DNA from: Antedon mediterranea
Taxonomy: Eukaryota; Animalia; Echinodermata
Assembly: GCF_964355755.1 (NCBI RefSeq)
Contig: NC_092677.1
Span: 28,135,175-28,199,174 of the forward strand
DNA: 64,000 nucleotides
Direction of reading: 5' to 3'
Shown here: one piece after another, positions 1-14,152 of the stretch
Numbering within the stretch: position 1 is the first letter of the stretch
Layout of the letters: each line of letters opens with the position of its first letter
The notes under the pieces: generated by a model
The model's input: the letters and a program-made list of their open reading frames with translations, nothing else
What the model was told of the DNA's origin: nothing
Databases searched by the model: none
Position numbers and translations under genes: made by a program

Positions 1-1303
1 ACCTGATCATGCCCTCTATATGTTATGATTACGCGTCCCCCGTCGATGATCTTGTTTTTTATGACGATTCGTTTTGTCACACGTTGACGTCAATTTTGTG
101 TGTACTTTTAAAATCAATATCGATACACTAGTAGTATAGCATCTATGTAGTAATTGTTTCAACGTACGCGTAAACATACTAATTATTGCTGCAAATCAAT
201 TCAACCTAACATTTTTGTTGTCAAAATTAGGTTACGAATTGTTAACAAAAAATGCGCGCGATTTAGTCAAAAATTAATAGTAGTTTGGTGTGATAGAACA
301 AACAAAAGTTTCAGAGCCTTACAATATGTCTCTGATTAATTTAGCGCAATAGCGCCCTCTATATTTTACTAACAGTATAACTTTTAAAAAAGTAACTTAC
401 TGTATTATATAAAAAATGACAATTGACGATGATAGATAGAATAGTTATTATTAGACTCCCATGAGGGCGTCATTCAGGTTATTCTCCGTGAGTGAACTTT
501 CATATGACAGCTAAGTTAATAGTGTTCACATGCTAAGTCAACAACTGATTTAAGAAAGTCACTTAAACACTTTAAGCAACAATAGCTTGCTTAAATAAAG
601 AGCGTTTAAAATAGCTCCAAAGTTTACCGAGTGTTGTTGTTTACGTGTTAACTTTCGACACGCGTTTGTCCACATGTTTATTCAATAATCTGAGAATCCA
701 GAGGCAGTAATATTTGTGGTTAAGAAAAATGATATGACATCTTTAAAAATGTCGGTAGCAATGATATGACAGTTATTGCGACATTTCCAATGTGTCCTGG
801 TATGTTGGATGCATAGTTGTTTTTATCAATTTATCGTTTTGTTTTTTTATCAAACTAGGCTTTACCCGGATAAATTCATATATACAGTATTTGCAATGGT
901 CAAATTGGTAAAATGGTCAATTTTTATCAATAAGATTAACCGGGTACGGTCCTGTATTGATATGCCTCATTCATGACACTACACCCCTCTTTGGAAATAG
1001 GTAATATGATGATCCTATAGCAACATGATAATTGATTATCTCGCCCACATCTCAAAGTTCACGTAATCTATCTGTATATTAAACTTAAATAAATAGATAA
1101 ACACAGAAAAGGGTCAATGCTTTTCACAATGGGGTTAGCGGTAATCAAGTTTCGCCATACCTAGGTGTTGTGTGTTTGTTCGTGGTTTTACCTTACTCCT
1201 TTATGTGTCCTGTATTGTTTGTATTACTATGCTTTAATTACTAAAGAGTGCATTTGTGAATGACATAATCTCGCTGGGTATTCGGTGTCCGTCCGGCAAA
1301 AAT

Positions 1304-1683
1304 TATGTCAAGAAGCACTGTCCTATCTGATAATGTTCTAGAACACATTGTCCTTACTATGTCAAGAAGCACTGTCCTATCTGATTATAGAACACATTGT
1401 CCTTACTATGTTAAGAAGCACTGTCCTATCTGATAATGTTCTAGAACACATTGTCCTTACTATGTTAAGAAGCACTGTCCTATCTGATAATGTTCTAGAA
1501 CACATTGTCCTTACTATGTCAAGAAGCACTGTCCTATCTGATAATGTTCTAGAACACATTGTCCTTACTATGTCTAGAAACACTGTCCTATCTGATAATG
1601 TTCTAGAACACATTGTCCTTACTATGTCAAGAAGCACTGTCCTATCTGATAATGTTCTAGAACACAGTGTCCTTACTATGTTA
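1304..1683. repeat. 54-bp minisatellite, ~7 copies
   Basis: TATGTCAAGAAGCACTGTCCTATCTGATAATGTTCTAGAACACATTGTCCTTAC. Confidence 0.95.
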
Positions 1684-2337
1684 GTTTACATAGTATGTTT
1701 ATTCTTTTGTACGCCCTCTCATTTTTGTGACGTAATAGGCTAGTTAGGTGTTGTAGGCTATTTTGTGATTGCAAAGAATACGTCGACGAGTGGGTTACAG
1801 AATACAAGAATATGTTGGTGACGAATACCCTTTTTACACTATCGACTGAGAGAGGAACACGAGTTGCTCGGAGGCAATCAAATCACTATTGCAAGCGCAA
1901 TGGTATGGTTTGCGTTTAAACACTGGAACATATCGACAAATCTCATATAAAAACATAATAATCCGAATTTACACACAATTTATTTAATTTTGAATGTAGT
2001 CCCAGTGTAATATTTTCTTTGTGGCTATTAAGATTATCATTTATTATTTTAAAAATTAGGGCCTAACAATTATTTTTCTTTTTAAAATGACTGCATTTCC
2101 GCCTTGTAGACTGTACGTACATTAAATAGGCCTTAAATTGTTAGGTTGGCGTAAAAATAGGGTAGGTAAGTATTTAAAATAAAAAATGTATTTGTTAATT
2201 AACATAAAAATGTATCAATGAAGGAAAATTATTATATGGTACTTTTTCAGTTCCTAAAAAAAAGATATAATTTTCATGCATTGAGACGTCAGTAATTATA
2301 TATATTTTTCCCTTTTTCAATAATTAGGCATACATAG

Positions 2338-2521
2338 AATATTAGGCCTACATAGAATCGGCCAGGGTAGAGTTACACGAATATTAGGCCTACATAGAAT
2401 CGGTCAGGGTAGAGTTACACCAATATTAGGCCTACATAGAATCGGCCAGGGTAGAGTTACACCAATATTAGCCCTACATAGAATCGGCCAGGGTAGAGTT
2501 ACACGAATATTAGGCCTACAT
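2338..2521. repeat. 42-bp minisatellite, ~4.4 copies
   Basis: AATATTAGGCCTACATAGAATCGGCCAGGGTAGAGTTACACG. Confidence 0.95.
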
Positions 2522-2780
2522 TATTTTAGGCTTTCTGGTAAGGTAGAATGCACACGAACAATTTCAATAATTTCAGCAGAAAAGAAAAATCACAAATTTG
2601 TTTGTGCCTTTATAAAAGAAAATAACGAACAGCACAATATATCGTACAATTATTATTTTAAGCAAAAAAAGTGTATTTTAAGCAAAAAACCTATTTTGTT
2701 TGCATAATATTGTATTTCTGTGACAACATGTTACATTTTCACGTCATTGACCTTTAACAGCTCGGTGTTGAACCACAAAA

Positions 2781-2999
2781 ACCGTTTACACTTCGTGTCT
2801 CCGGTGTAGATTCGACTACATCGGAGAAGGTACACCGGAAAACATTCAGCTTCGTTTCACCCCGGGGAGAGCACACCGGGGTGGTTGGATTTTCCCATTT
2901 ACACCAGTCAATAAAAACCACAACACCGGCGTTTAACGGCCCGGTGTACAAACAAATGCGGGGTTACACCGCTGTTACGGTGATAGTGTAAAAGGGGTA
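2781..2999. mobile_element. Decayed Harbinger-like MITE
   Basis: CCGTTTACACT...AGTGTAAAAGGGGTA with internal ACACCGG/CCGGTGT repeats. Confidence 0.4.
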
Positions 3000-3986
3000 G
3001 AATAAACCAGACTTATTCCATGCATTGTGCAGTTGTGCTCCACCTATCTGTGTGTTTTTATGTAGACTTATCTTTCGTAATGCATTTATCGGTGTTTTTT
3101 ATGTTAGTCCACAAGTCAGCCTTTCGACTTTTGTCTGAAAAATCATAAGAAAATACATATTTTACGTATGAAACGCAATTTGTGACAAAATATCTATCTT
3201 TTTGCTAACATTAATTTGAAAAACGGTCCAGAACCTAGACTAGTTTTGTTGTTGCTTACTATTGTTTAAAATTGCTGAGTATCTTGTTGTAACTGTTAGG
3301 CTAGAAACAGAGCGGATGACTGTCTTGTTATGGATAATGTGTATTTTACTTAATTTACAAGACGCGCGTACAATGCGTCACCGAACTGATTGAACATTGT
3401 ACCATGTTTCATTAATAAAGTCGGTGTGTTATTTTGATGTGTATATTAACTATGTTCTAGGCAAATCCTTCAGTAATCTCATGTGTTCTACTTTTCGTAT
3501 ACATTTTACAATGACTTAAGTTACTGTAGCCTCTTTTCAAGGGTGCTTCCGTTTTATATTACTGGCCGACAGGTGTACGATATGAATAGTTAGGGTAAGT
3601 TAGGCCATCGGGTTTTAACGTGAGGAGTCATGCAACCGGGGCAGGTGTCCAGACTTAGAGGGTATCGACTCGTAGTAACAGACAGAGTCATCGGGATCAG
3701 CAATCAACTAACTTCCTGCCATGGCATACCTTCAAGTAACCCCTCTCACCAATCACAATATTCCATGGTTGAGTAATATTATTCTACTTAGCTTTTGATT
3801 AGATTTTGCAACATCACTGTGTAACAACGAACTCACAATATAATAGATTTTGACTCCTTACGTCATTATGACGAATTATACTGATTCAGTTATTGTTGAA
3901 TGTTTATAGATAATATTATATCTATATTTATACTGTCTTTCTACTGTATGCGTGAGAATGTTAGTAAGACCGTACAGAACAATACA

Positions 3987-4132
3987 TTGGTTCCCACTTA
4001 AGCTTGGTATGCAACGTAATGACCAATCACAAACGATGGATTATTCGAACAGTCGCTTGTCATTGGTCAACTCGCTTCCTTTGCGCGTACGTCTACGTCC
4101 TTGTATTGCGTTCTAGTGGGAACCAAGCTTTA
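3987..4132. mobile_element. MITE family A copy
   Basis: TTGGTTCCCACT...CTAGTGGGAACCAAGCTTTA with the shared GACCAATCACAA/TGTCATTGGTC core; a decayed copy follows to ~4236. Confidence 0.7.
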
Positions 4133-5949
4133 GAAAAATGCAAGGCCGTAAGGGTACCGTAAGCAATTTGAGCAATCACGACATTATGATTATCCGAAAT
4201 GTCGTTTGCGTTTCGCCTCGTCGTTGCGTTGCGTCAAAAAATTAAGAACACTGGAGGCGATTAATAGATAATAGTGAGAGTGTGATGTGATATTCAACTG
4301 TTGAAAATACCTAAACAACGCCCTCTAAGTAACCTGTTTAGGCCTAAATTCTATGAAATAGTCATTACGTGAACTAATAGTAACGCCTGAAGTCATTTTC
4401 AAGGGTGGTGAATCATTTTTTCAACAATACTAATTTCGATAGAACAGTGGTTTTTGCACTATTTTGATTATGATGGAATTCCTTGGCATGGACGCACTCT
4501 TGGTGCTTTCTGATGGACGCGCTCTAATTGATAGGACCTAGTTGAATCTGTCTGATAGACAAGAACATGATGAAGTTAATTTAGCATGAAATGAAACAAT
4601 TGGAAAATAAATGAATGAGAGATTAGGTAAATGACAGATCGAGGTCATCTGTAATAATATTGTACACTTTGATGAGTTACCTTTAGACGGAGACGGACGA
4701 ACGGACGGGTGCGGTTCACGCGCGGGGTTACTGTCCTCCTACGCATAGTTTTCACTATTCTCATTTTGCATATTCATTCATTTCTTTCTTTTCGGATAGA
4801 ACATTAATATAAAAAAAACCTATAAAACATCAACAAAGAAAACATCATAAACCAGAAAATTAACCATAACATTTTCCATCCTAAAAATGATTAGGTTGGA
4901 TTATAAAAGCACATTTTAGATTATGATTTGAATGAAATTGAAACCATTACAACTGTTATTAATTCTGTTTAAAAAACTATAAGGAATAGTTATTTATTGG
5001 TCATTTACGTAAAAATAATTTCTTCTAACGATGTAGTATTTACGTCGATATTTCTTTTATATATTATTTATTAGTACTTAGTATATTATTACTACCATCA
5101 TAGTAATGGAAAAAACCCAGTACGTTTAATTAGATTGTCTTGAACAGAAGTATGGCGACACTTGCCAAAATACTGATAATTAGGTGTTTAACTAACCCCC
5201 TTAATACACCCTTTTACACAGTTGCCGCCCTTGTAATTCTGTACCAAGGAAATCTAATAATTCACGCTTATTTACACAAATTCAAAACCTTCAGCTTCTG
5301 TATTTCCGGTGGCCTACTATAATTTAAAAGTAAAATTACCGGTAGTAAGAATTAAAGTTGTGTGAACTGCAGAGCAGTGGGAGATTTTCCAGGTCTTGTA
5401 GGTCGCTTCGGACCACACGGTTGGCGGTCTAGTGATGCGTACTTTTCTATACAAAGTCGCAGGTGAGATAGATTTGATGCGTATCAACTCTGGATAGTGT
5501 TACATAATGCTTACCTGACTTACTTACGGTAACCGCGAAAAATTAATCTAAACCAAATCATCGTGTGCGCGCGCGTGAAGTAGTATGTAATTATCAGCCT
5601 TTGAGGGCGCCTGTTTCAGTGTTGTCGATATTGTATATTGTATTCTGTGAATATTTTTATTTTTCATCATAATTATCAACATCTTCTCCACATCCTCCAG
5701 TCATCTTATCTTATTTTACGTCACTAATCAGTCATTAATTTTACTTCATTGTTTTATTTGGGTTTTTTTGTGTTAAAACCAAAAAATCGCGCGGTGCTAA
5801 TTTAAAAACGAACGGGAATTCGATATGGATTATGACACCCAGATTTTGTAATGAAAAAAAAAACCAGCACCGCGTGCGTAGGTCTAATTTAGGATATCAA
5901 AAAGCACGTTTATATGTAATCAAATAATAACTGCTACTAAATTAATTAT

Positions 5950-6045
5950 AAAAGGGCGTGGTCACTCAAGGACAAGATAAAGTCATGTGATATGATGTTG
6001 ACGTCACTATATAAAGTACAATCACCTTTCACGTCGTTAGTGCCG
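5950..6045 (+). promoter_or_regulatory. Orphan TATA/Inr promoter
   Basis: GGGCGTGG, TCAAGGACA, GATAA, GTCATGTGA (5982-90), CRE TGACGTCA (5999-6006), TATATAAAG (6008-16), Inr-like TTAGT with A at 6039. Confidence 0.45.
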
Positions 6046-8386
6046 TGAATCAAACTTTGAACCTGCAAATGGGTATCATAATGATGTGACCCTAACACCT
6101 GCCAAAATGTCACCTTCTTTAGCATTTAATGTTTCTAAAAATGTTTTCTATAAAAAGGCGTCATTTCAGTACTTCTAAGTAATAAAATAAATCTTTTTAA
6201 CAGAGGTACTTAAAATAAATGAACACGTTCATTGGGTTCGCCTGCATCGTAATCAATGGATTGTAAAAACAGCTCATAGGCGGCGTCATATGATTTATTT
6301 GCATAATTACTCTACTATAATATTTCCATAAAATTTTTTTCTATATTAAATTTGACTTGTCGGTTATTGGCCTTTATATTTCATTCGTAATAATAGGTTC
6401 AATAACCGATGTATGATGCAGTTGCAATGACGTCACAAATTTCATTTTTATCAATAACATTTAATCAACATTCTTGTTGAGTTCCAGGTTTGCTTATAAT
6501 TAGCATCAGAAACGAACGAAGTAGCAAAAATAGCAATTTTCGTCTAAAATATTTTAAATATTCTTTAATTATAATTAATCATGAATAATACTGCAGTTAT
6601 TATATCAGTGGACTGATAATAATAATAATACACAATGGATAGTATAGGCTAGTAAATTAGATACACCGTGATAAGGTTTAATATTTCGAGATTAATTTAT
6701 CATAACGAATGAAAATGTGTCCATAATAGGCTAGGCCTACATTGCTAGGCTGAGGGAGTAAGCCGCGAACTGAAAACGGGTTCAAAGCGCTAAATATATA
6801 CCGTAATAAAAAAAAAAACTTCGTATGTTGAATAAACTCAATCAGCAGGTTATGAGTATTCAAAAACATGGTTCTTATAACATTTATGATTCGGTTGGAA
6901 AAATAAGTTGCCAAAATATCATTGGACCAATTACATCGCAAACAAATCTAGGAAAATGTTTAAGCTGTCAAAAGTGGATTTATTGTGACTTCTTCCAATC
7001 ATGGAATAGTTGCATGTCACTTTGTTTGAAATATGTTAGCAAGTGTGCGATGATTTTAACTGCCATATAGATAAGTTTTAAACAAAATTAATTTATGATT
7101 TTAGCAAGTTAATATGATAAGATGACGACCGCCAGTCAGTAACCTGGTACAGGGCTTAAGTACAGACTAAGTTGTAAGTTCAAACTAAGAGAACGCGTTC
7201 ATTCAACTACTCTTAGCTAAAATAAAGTCAGTTCAATGAACATATAGTCCTCAATGAATCAGTCACTCACACGAGCTCCCTATTGAAAAATGTAAAAAAT
7301 GTCATACCTTTTCTATTATGAAAGTATGTTATTTGTAATAGGGAAATTATAGGTCCTTAAGATAGTATGCGAGATAACGTCAATATAGATTGCAACTGAA
7401 ACCCGAGGCTGCTGTCATTGACTCTATATAAGAAGCAAAAGAACCCTGCAACAAATACAAAATGTTTAAGCCTACTCTATACTCAATCTTAGCTCTTCCT
7501 GATGCCTTAATAAATAATATCATATCCGAAGCACAGCAGCTGTTAGGATAACTTATTTTTTTACAAGAAAAAAATCAGTTGCACAATCTATTTTTATATC
7601 AAAATGACAACATGAGCCATGGTCGTGGTTTCTGTGGCTGGTTTGACGGTTACAAAAACTAATTCGTTGATTAATAGTCAGCATAACCCCCTTCTTAGCA
7701 GTAATAATTAAACGATTAACACATTCAACACAAGTGCGCAGTTGACTCTACAGCGGATCGACTACATGACTACTGAAATATATAGATGATTATTGCCGGA
7801 GATTTCGCAAATAAAGTTTGTAATACAAAGACGAGAGATGCCTACTTCTTTAAATACGGTAGAGTAGCAAAAGGCAAAACTTAAAACATGAAACATAAAT
7901 ATAATTTCAATAGCCAGTTTTACTAAAATAGACCTAATGGAACAAGAGAATCAACGAGCGAACACTTACTGTACGGCCTACCAATACAAAAAAACAACAT
8001 TATATAAAACATGTATTATTACACTACATTGTATATTAATTAAGTTAAGTAGAACGAATCTATCAAGAAATAATGTTATGCAGGCGTACTAGTTAGTACG
8101 GTATTAAACGAAAAAGTGACACAATATTTAAATGTTCAATAAATAGGTCTGAGAAAACACTGAAGTTTAATAATATCCGTTTTTGATTTGATAAATTGAA
8201 TTGTTGGCGATCATTAAGCAAATGCTATGACTATTTATAATCCAGTTAATTACAACATTAATGTAATTAACATAACAAGATGTTAAACATTAAAGAACGT
8301 AATTAACTACTCATTCTGAGGGAAAGATACGGAGCTGTACCGAGACTACGAGTCATTAATGGTCACAAATTAAACCCGGCTTTACT

Positions 8387-8785
8387 ACAAGCCCTTGTTC
8401 TCATTAAGTTGTATGTCGGGAGTTCAAATCTAATAGTTCAACTAAAGTGTGGTTCCCACTAAGAGACGCAATGTAAGAACGTACGCACAACGCAAGCGAG
8501 TTGACCAATCACAAGCTCTTGTTCTCATTAAGTCGTCGGGAGTTCAATTCCAGTAGTTGAACTAAAGTGTGGTTCCCACTAGAGACACAACGCGAGGACG
8601 TACGCGCAACGCAAGCGAGTTGACCAATGACAAGCTCTTGTTCTCATTAAGTCGTCGGGAGTTCAATTCCAGTAGTTGAACTAAAGTGTGGTTCCCACTA
8701 GAGACGCAACACGAGGACGTACGCGCAACGCAAGCGAGTTGACCAATGACAAGCTCTTGTTCTCATTAAGTCGGGAGTTCAAATC
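8387..8785. repeat. 119-bp tandem repeat x3.3 (flank plus left half of MITE A)
   Basis: Units start with ACAAGC at 8387, 8511, 8630 and 8749. Confidence 0.9.
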
Positions 8786-9368
8786 CTTATCCTAGTCTCA
8801 GGGGAAGAGGAAACGGTTCATAAAAAATTAACTCAACTAAACGATAAAGAATTGATTTGAAATAATAATTAGGGTGATTGATTTTGTTCACAGTTCAAAT
8901 ATTTTTTAGGAAAGTGATATATTCGATTCGGAGAGTGAAATTGAATCATGTGTAAACTTAGACCGATATTAAAAGAATAGCCTATAGCATATATTATACG
9001 GGCGCGCGCATGATGTCCGAGAAGGCAACGGTTGACCAACTGGTTGATCTGCTGATTTAAGTTAAAGTTGAACATTTTCGCTTTTTCCTTCAGGATGTTG
9101 CTGATTGCCATCCTGCTGGGATAGTTTGTATATACTCAAGTACCTAGATAAGGCAGTATATACACATTTGTCGCAGATAGACATACAGCTTATGTTTATT
9201 AACGTTATTTTACGAGATGATGAGAGTATCCGACATATAGAACTCAGTAGGGACGATGTGTTTCTGAGCCTTATCCAACTATTTAGGTTCGTTGACCAAC
9301 TAAGCTTCTATAATCCAAGACTCGTATTGGACTCGTATTGGATTATTTTATACTTCTATACCTTCTTT

Positions 9369-9518
9369 TTGGACGCAACTATCGAGGACGTACACGCAAC
9401 TATCGAGGACGAACACGCAACGCAAGTGAGCTGACCAATAAAAAGCGACAGTGTTTCGATGATCCATCGCGCATTGTCGCGTGTGATTGGTCAAATTACT
9501 TGTGAGGAACCAAAAGTA
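9369..9518. mobile_element. MITE family A, decayed copy
   Basis: GACGCAAC...GACCAAT...GTGATTGGTCAAAT...GGAACCAA. Confidence 0.55.
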
Positions 9519-10591
9519 TAGTAACCAGTATAACTTCGGATTAATATGTGTGAATAGTCCACCCGATTTAATTGGTTCCTGAATAAAAGCGCCATTAGCA
9601 GAGTTTTTTTAAGAGTTTTTGCTGAGTGGATAGCGATGATAGATAGATGTTTCGTCTATGCCACATTAAAGTAGGTGGGCCTGACTTGTTGATCATGTCG
9701 TATTTGAATTTCTTGGGAAATACAATAAATCATAATGTTAAAAACGAACCTCGTGCCATTTTAGTAAACATTTTAAACGATTTCGAGTTGAATAACCGTT
9801 GGTAAAATAAATTATCAGACTATTACATGACTTTAGACAGATGTTTAATAACTATGCCAGGTAATAATCCACGTATGTAGTACCTCTGGGGTGCAGATTG
9901 TTCCCCTGAAGAGTGTAGTAGCTCCCCTCGGGTGTGGCACTGTGTCGAAGGAAGGTGTCAGTAACCGCTGGTACGCAGCTCTTAGATCGAGTACGGAGAG
10001 AGCATTGACCTAAGTTTGAGCCTATAGAATAATCCATATACCGACTGTGACGTGTTTTCCCCTTACGACTGTGAATTTCTCTTGGTGTGATTATAGGGCT
10101 GGTGTTGTTGTGAAACAAACAATAATGACAGGCTATTGCACTCCTGGGAGTCTAGTTGGTGATTGATGGTTTGTTTCCCAGGGTTCTTATCACCATAGGC
10201 CTATGCACCTACAAGCGGGTTATGTCAAAACACTATATTAATAAATCAACACAACTAGTTGCACTATACCTCACACACATCTGTCTCAAACAGCCTACAC
10301 AATCTAAAAAGAAGGAGTACTTTTTATTAAGGTTAGGCAAAAAATGTCGATTCGCCCTGTCGGTCGCGGAGTCTCTAAATGCCAATCGAGATTGACAGTG
10401 TATTATAGGCCTACACAGTACTGTAGAAATGATGACGTTCACAGTAGAGAATGATATGCCAATTGCCAATTACAACGGCAGCCAAGTTGATACTTTATCT
10501 GCTCCAGATCCGTAGCAAATGATTAAACATTATAATGGTACAATATCAGGGAACATGCTAACCACTTGTATTTGTTGCTTAAAATGAATAG

Positions 10592-10729
10592 GTCTCTGTC
10601 TACACTATCAAACTAGTTTGACAAAAAAAGTGTGATGTGCCCAAATATGGTAGTGATATGACATCGTCATTTCCATATATGGGCACATTACATTGTTTTG
10701 TCATAAAGTTCGATAGTGTAGACAGAGCT
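10592..10729. mobile_element. MITE family B (Harbinger-like)
   Basis: TIR CTCTGTCTACACTATC...GATAGTGTAGACAGAGCT; core GTGCCCAAATATGGTAGTGATATG. Confidence 0.75.
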
Positions 10730-11214
10730 TTATACAGTTAGTCCAGACTCGGACTAGTCACGAGTTCGATAATGTAGACAGAGCTCTATACAGTTAGTCC
10801 AGACTCGGACTAGTCACGAGTTCGATAGTGTAGACAGAGCTCTATACAGTTAGTCCAGACTCAGACTAGTCACGAGTTCGATAGTGTAGACAGAGCTTTA
10901 TACAGTTAGTCCAGACTCGGACTAGTCACGAGTTCGATAGTGTAGACAGAGCTCTATACAGTTAGTCCAGACTCGGACTAGTCACGAGTTCGATAGTGTA
11001 GACAGAGCTTTATACAGTTAGTCCAGACTCGGACTAGTCACGAGTTCGATAGTGTAGACAGAGCTCTATACAGTTAGTCCAGACTCGGACTAGTCACGAG
11101 TTCGATAGTGTAGACAGAGCTTTATACAGTTAGTCCAGACTCGGACTAGTCACGAGTTCGATAGTGTAGACAGAGCTCTATACAGTTAGTCCAGACTCGG
11201 ACTAGTCACGAGTT
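10708..11214. repeat. 56-bp tandem repeat x9 (MITE B right TIR plus flank)
   Basis: GTTCGATAGTGTAGACAGAGCT(C/T)TATACAGTTAGTCCAGACTCGGACTAGTCACGA. Confidence 0.95.
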
Positions 11215-14152
11215 TTGCTTCTATTGTATCTAAACTTCTATTGTGCAGGACTATCAATTTTTACAATAAGTTACATAATTAAAATATGTAAAGTTGGAAA
11301 TAAATAATAAGGTTTAATATTGAAACCAAATAGGTTGTAGCATAGAGATATAATATCTCTATGGTTGTTGAGTGTTACAGGGTCAGAGCCATTCCAATAA
11401 AACTCTGTACAAACAGGGCGCCCTCTAACCGTCGAAACTTTTCTGTGGACTCCGGCGCGCCGTGCGGATGGCAGATTTTCCCAGACGATATTTCCTATTA
11501 CATTCCGTAATTCTGTGAATGGAGTGCACTATGTTGAATGTCATACTAGTGTATTGTTTAAATTATTGAAACAAACGTTAGTTTACAGTAAGTGTTTATT
11601 ATGTTTACAATACATTGCATTTTCCGAAAATTAACGTAAGCGGTATGGCGGTATGACACAAAAACGTTGATTTCCGATATCTTCGTAGAAACAAATAAAA
11701 CTAAATTTCATAACCTACCGTACTACCGGTAATTGTTCTAAATCAATGATAAAATGACAAGTTTAATGTAACAAAACCGACCCTAAATTGGTCGTTTGAT
11801 TGACAACTAAAGTTGTACGAAAAACATTTCTTAGAACTAAACCATCCAATATTGCGTGGACGTAGATTTTTATACCAGGATACTGAGAATAATCAATCAA
11901 ATCCAAAGTAACCGCTGATTTCCGGTCCAAGTAACCCGTCCACACTACCCGTTGTTCGCCTGCGCAATGAACAGAACACTTGTGACGTAAGCACGAGACT
12001 GCGTCAGCAGGATTCCCCTGGAATGACCAGGCCTACTTTATCGTTTATTGGCATCGTCTCAAATAGTTTAAATAAAATTAAACATATAACGTTGTTTTAC
12101 ATTTAGTATCATCTGATAACAATTTAAATAAGAACTATTTTTGTTTGTATTATTAGGCCTAGGCCTACTATTAATGAAAACGCACATAAAATATTTTGAA
12201 AATAGAAAAAGGGAAAAAAAGAAAGGCCTTGACGAAAGGTTAATCAAGTTCCAAACCATTTTTTTAATCCCCTAAAAGTGAAAAAGTCACGACCAAATTG
12301 AACCAGGTCATGGCTGTGAGAAAGCAGCTTTCACCAATATTTATGAATGATACACACAACGTCCCTATTTATTATCAATTTCTATTTATTATTGTTTGTT
12401 CGAATGTGAAACCTCTTTATTTACTTTTTCCACGTCATGGATCTGTTAATAATAGGCCTATATTCATACGATACATTGGTAAGACGTAACTGTAGGCCTA
12501 CATTTGCTTCCTAAGGTAGGCTTACTATATGAATCGTGAATCGATGTTAATCAAAGCATCAAACTCATATAGAGTCATAACAAGAATACTAAATTCTTAA
12601 CTTAATTTCAACTTAAACTTGATTTTTTTTAAACATTTTAAACCTTTACAATTTTACATATTTTGACCATTGTCTTCTGTGTGCTATCCTCTTTTACTGC
12701 TTGTCATAGTACAATGTGTGCAAAAATTGTTCAGGCTTTGGTTACCCTTTGCCTGAATATTAAAACTAAATAGTTAAGTCTACTAATAGAAGTCAGATCA
12801 TCTGCATGCAAAACCCAATCCACAAAAATGTGTGTTTCGTAAAATGTGTTTGTATCTACTATTCGCACTTTCTACCTCTGAATAACAATCTGTGTATATA
12901 CTTGCGGTACAATGTCCCTAACAACAAATATAATGATGTTATCATTATAGGATACATGCATTTAATTTGTTGTAAAGATGGCAGGAAGGAACGAGATGGC
13001 ATGTGGAACGTAGGGACACAATTCTCACAAGTTAAAGACATGTGCATACAGTTTGTTTTGCGTGTTGTTCTTTTCTCTGTTTTCTTTTAAACATCTCACT
13101 TTATTTTTTGAAAAGAGTAACAACTGGACATAATGGTCACTGAACTGTAAACTCTTGGTTTTCACATAGTGTATCTTGTCGTGTTAAAGAGATACAATCA
13201 GAAGCACATGTTAGGTTATAAAGCACATCTCACTAGCTTAGTTTAACTTACTTTTCTTCCTTCAATTATTTCAAAGTTAATCGGTTTCCATTCGTATTCC
13301 GGAATGACCAGTCCATGTCTGAATCGTAATGTGTTCTCTGTTAAACCATTACCCCGGTGGATTCTTTACCCGTTTGTGGATATCAAGGATGAAGACATTA
13401 GAACAGCTGAAAGGAAAATTACAACACACTCTAAATTAAATTTTGCATAACATGTGAATTAAGTTTGCTAATTTTTTCCTTTTTCCTAGGGTTAGTTAAA
13501 ATGATGCCATATTTATTTAACCATCAAAAACAAAACGACACAGTGAATCGGGATTTTTCTTCTCAAATGATTAAATCAACTTTAACAAAAGTCGGGAACA
13601 ATTATTTTCTTATTCATATTTTGGTAAAGCCGTACTGCTGTATATACTGCTGTTAGACCCTCGTAAAACAAACTTAATTTTTTTATAATAATAATTATAA
13701 ATAGTACCAATGTTTTTTTCTTTTTTGTGGCGTAATCTACCACATTTATTCGTTCATAATATTACAAATACATATTAACATATTACTCTCTTTTTGGTCA
13801 TTATTTTTTTGAATTTAGGATACTCAAAGTAGGCCTACCAAATGTATTAATTTGATCCAGTTTTTACACATTTTATCTATTTTTACTCAATGATTTTTAT
13901 TCATTATGATATGTTACCAATTTATTTTACATTTTATAAAATTAAACTTGTTGAAATAGATCTATCTTCTTTAGGGCTTAAGTGATGGTTTTTATTGCGT
14001 TCGGCACCTTTGTTGTGGTTTTGTAAAGAGTCACTTAGATTATTCATTGTAACAGAATTAAGGTCAAATAGTCATTCAAACCAAATTAGTGTAATATTAA
14101 TGGGATCTACATTTATAAATTGCCCCGATTTCTATATTTATTACACTTGAAT

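Noticed and set aside
1348-1743. 131-aa and 86-aa repetitive ORFs
   Set aside because: Translation of the 54-bp minisatellite
10708-11214. CRISPR-like regular repeats (also 52256-53535 and 8387-8785)
   Set aside because: Units are identical end to end with no unique spacers, there are no cas genes, and the context is eukaryotic
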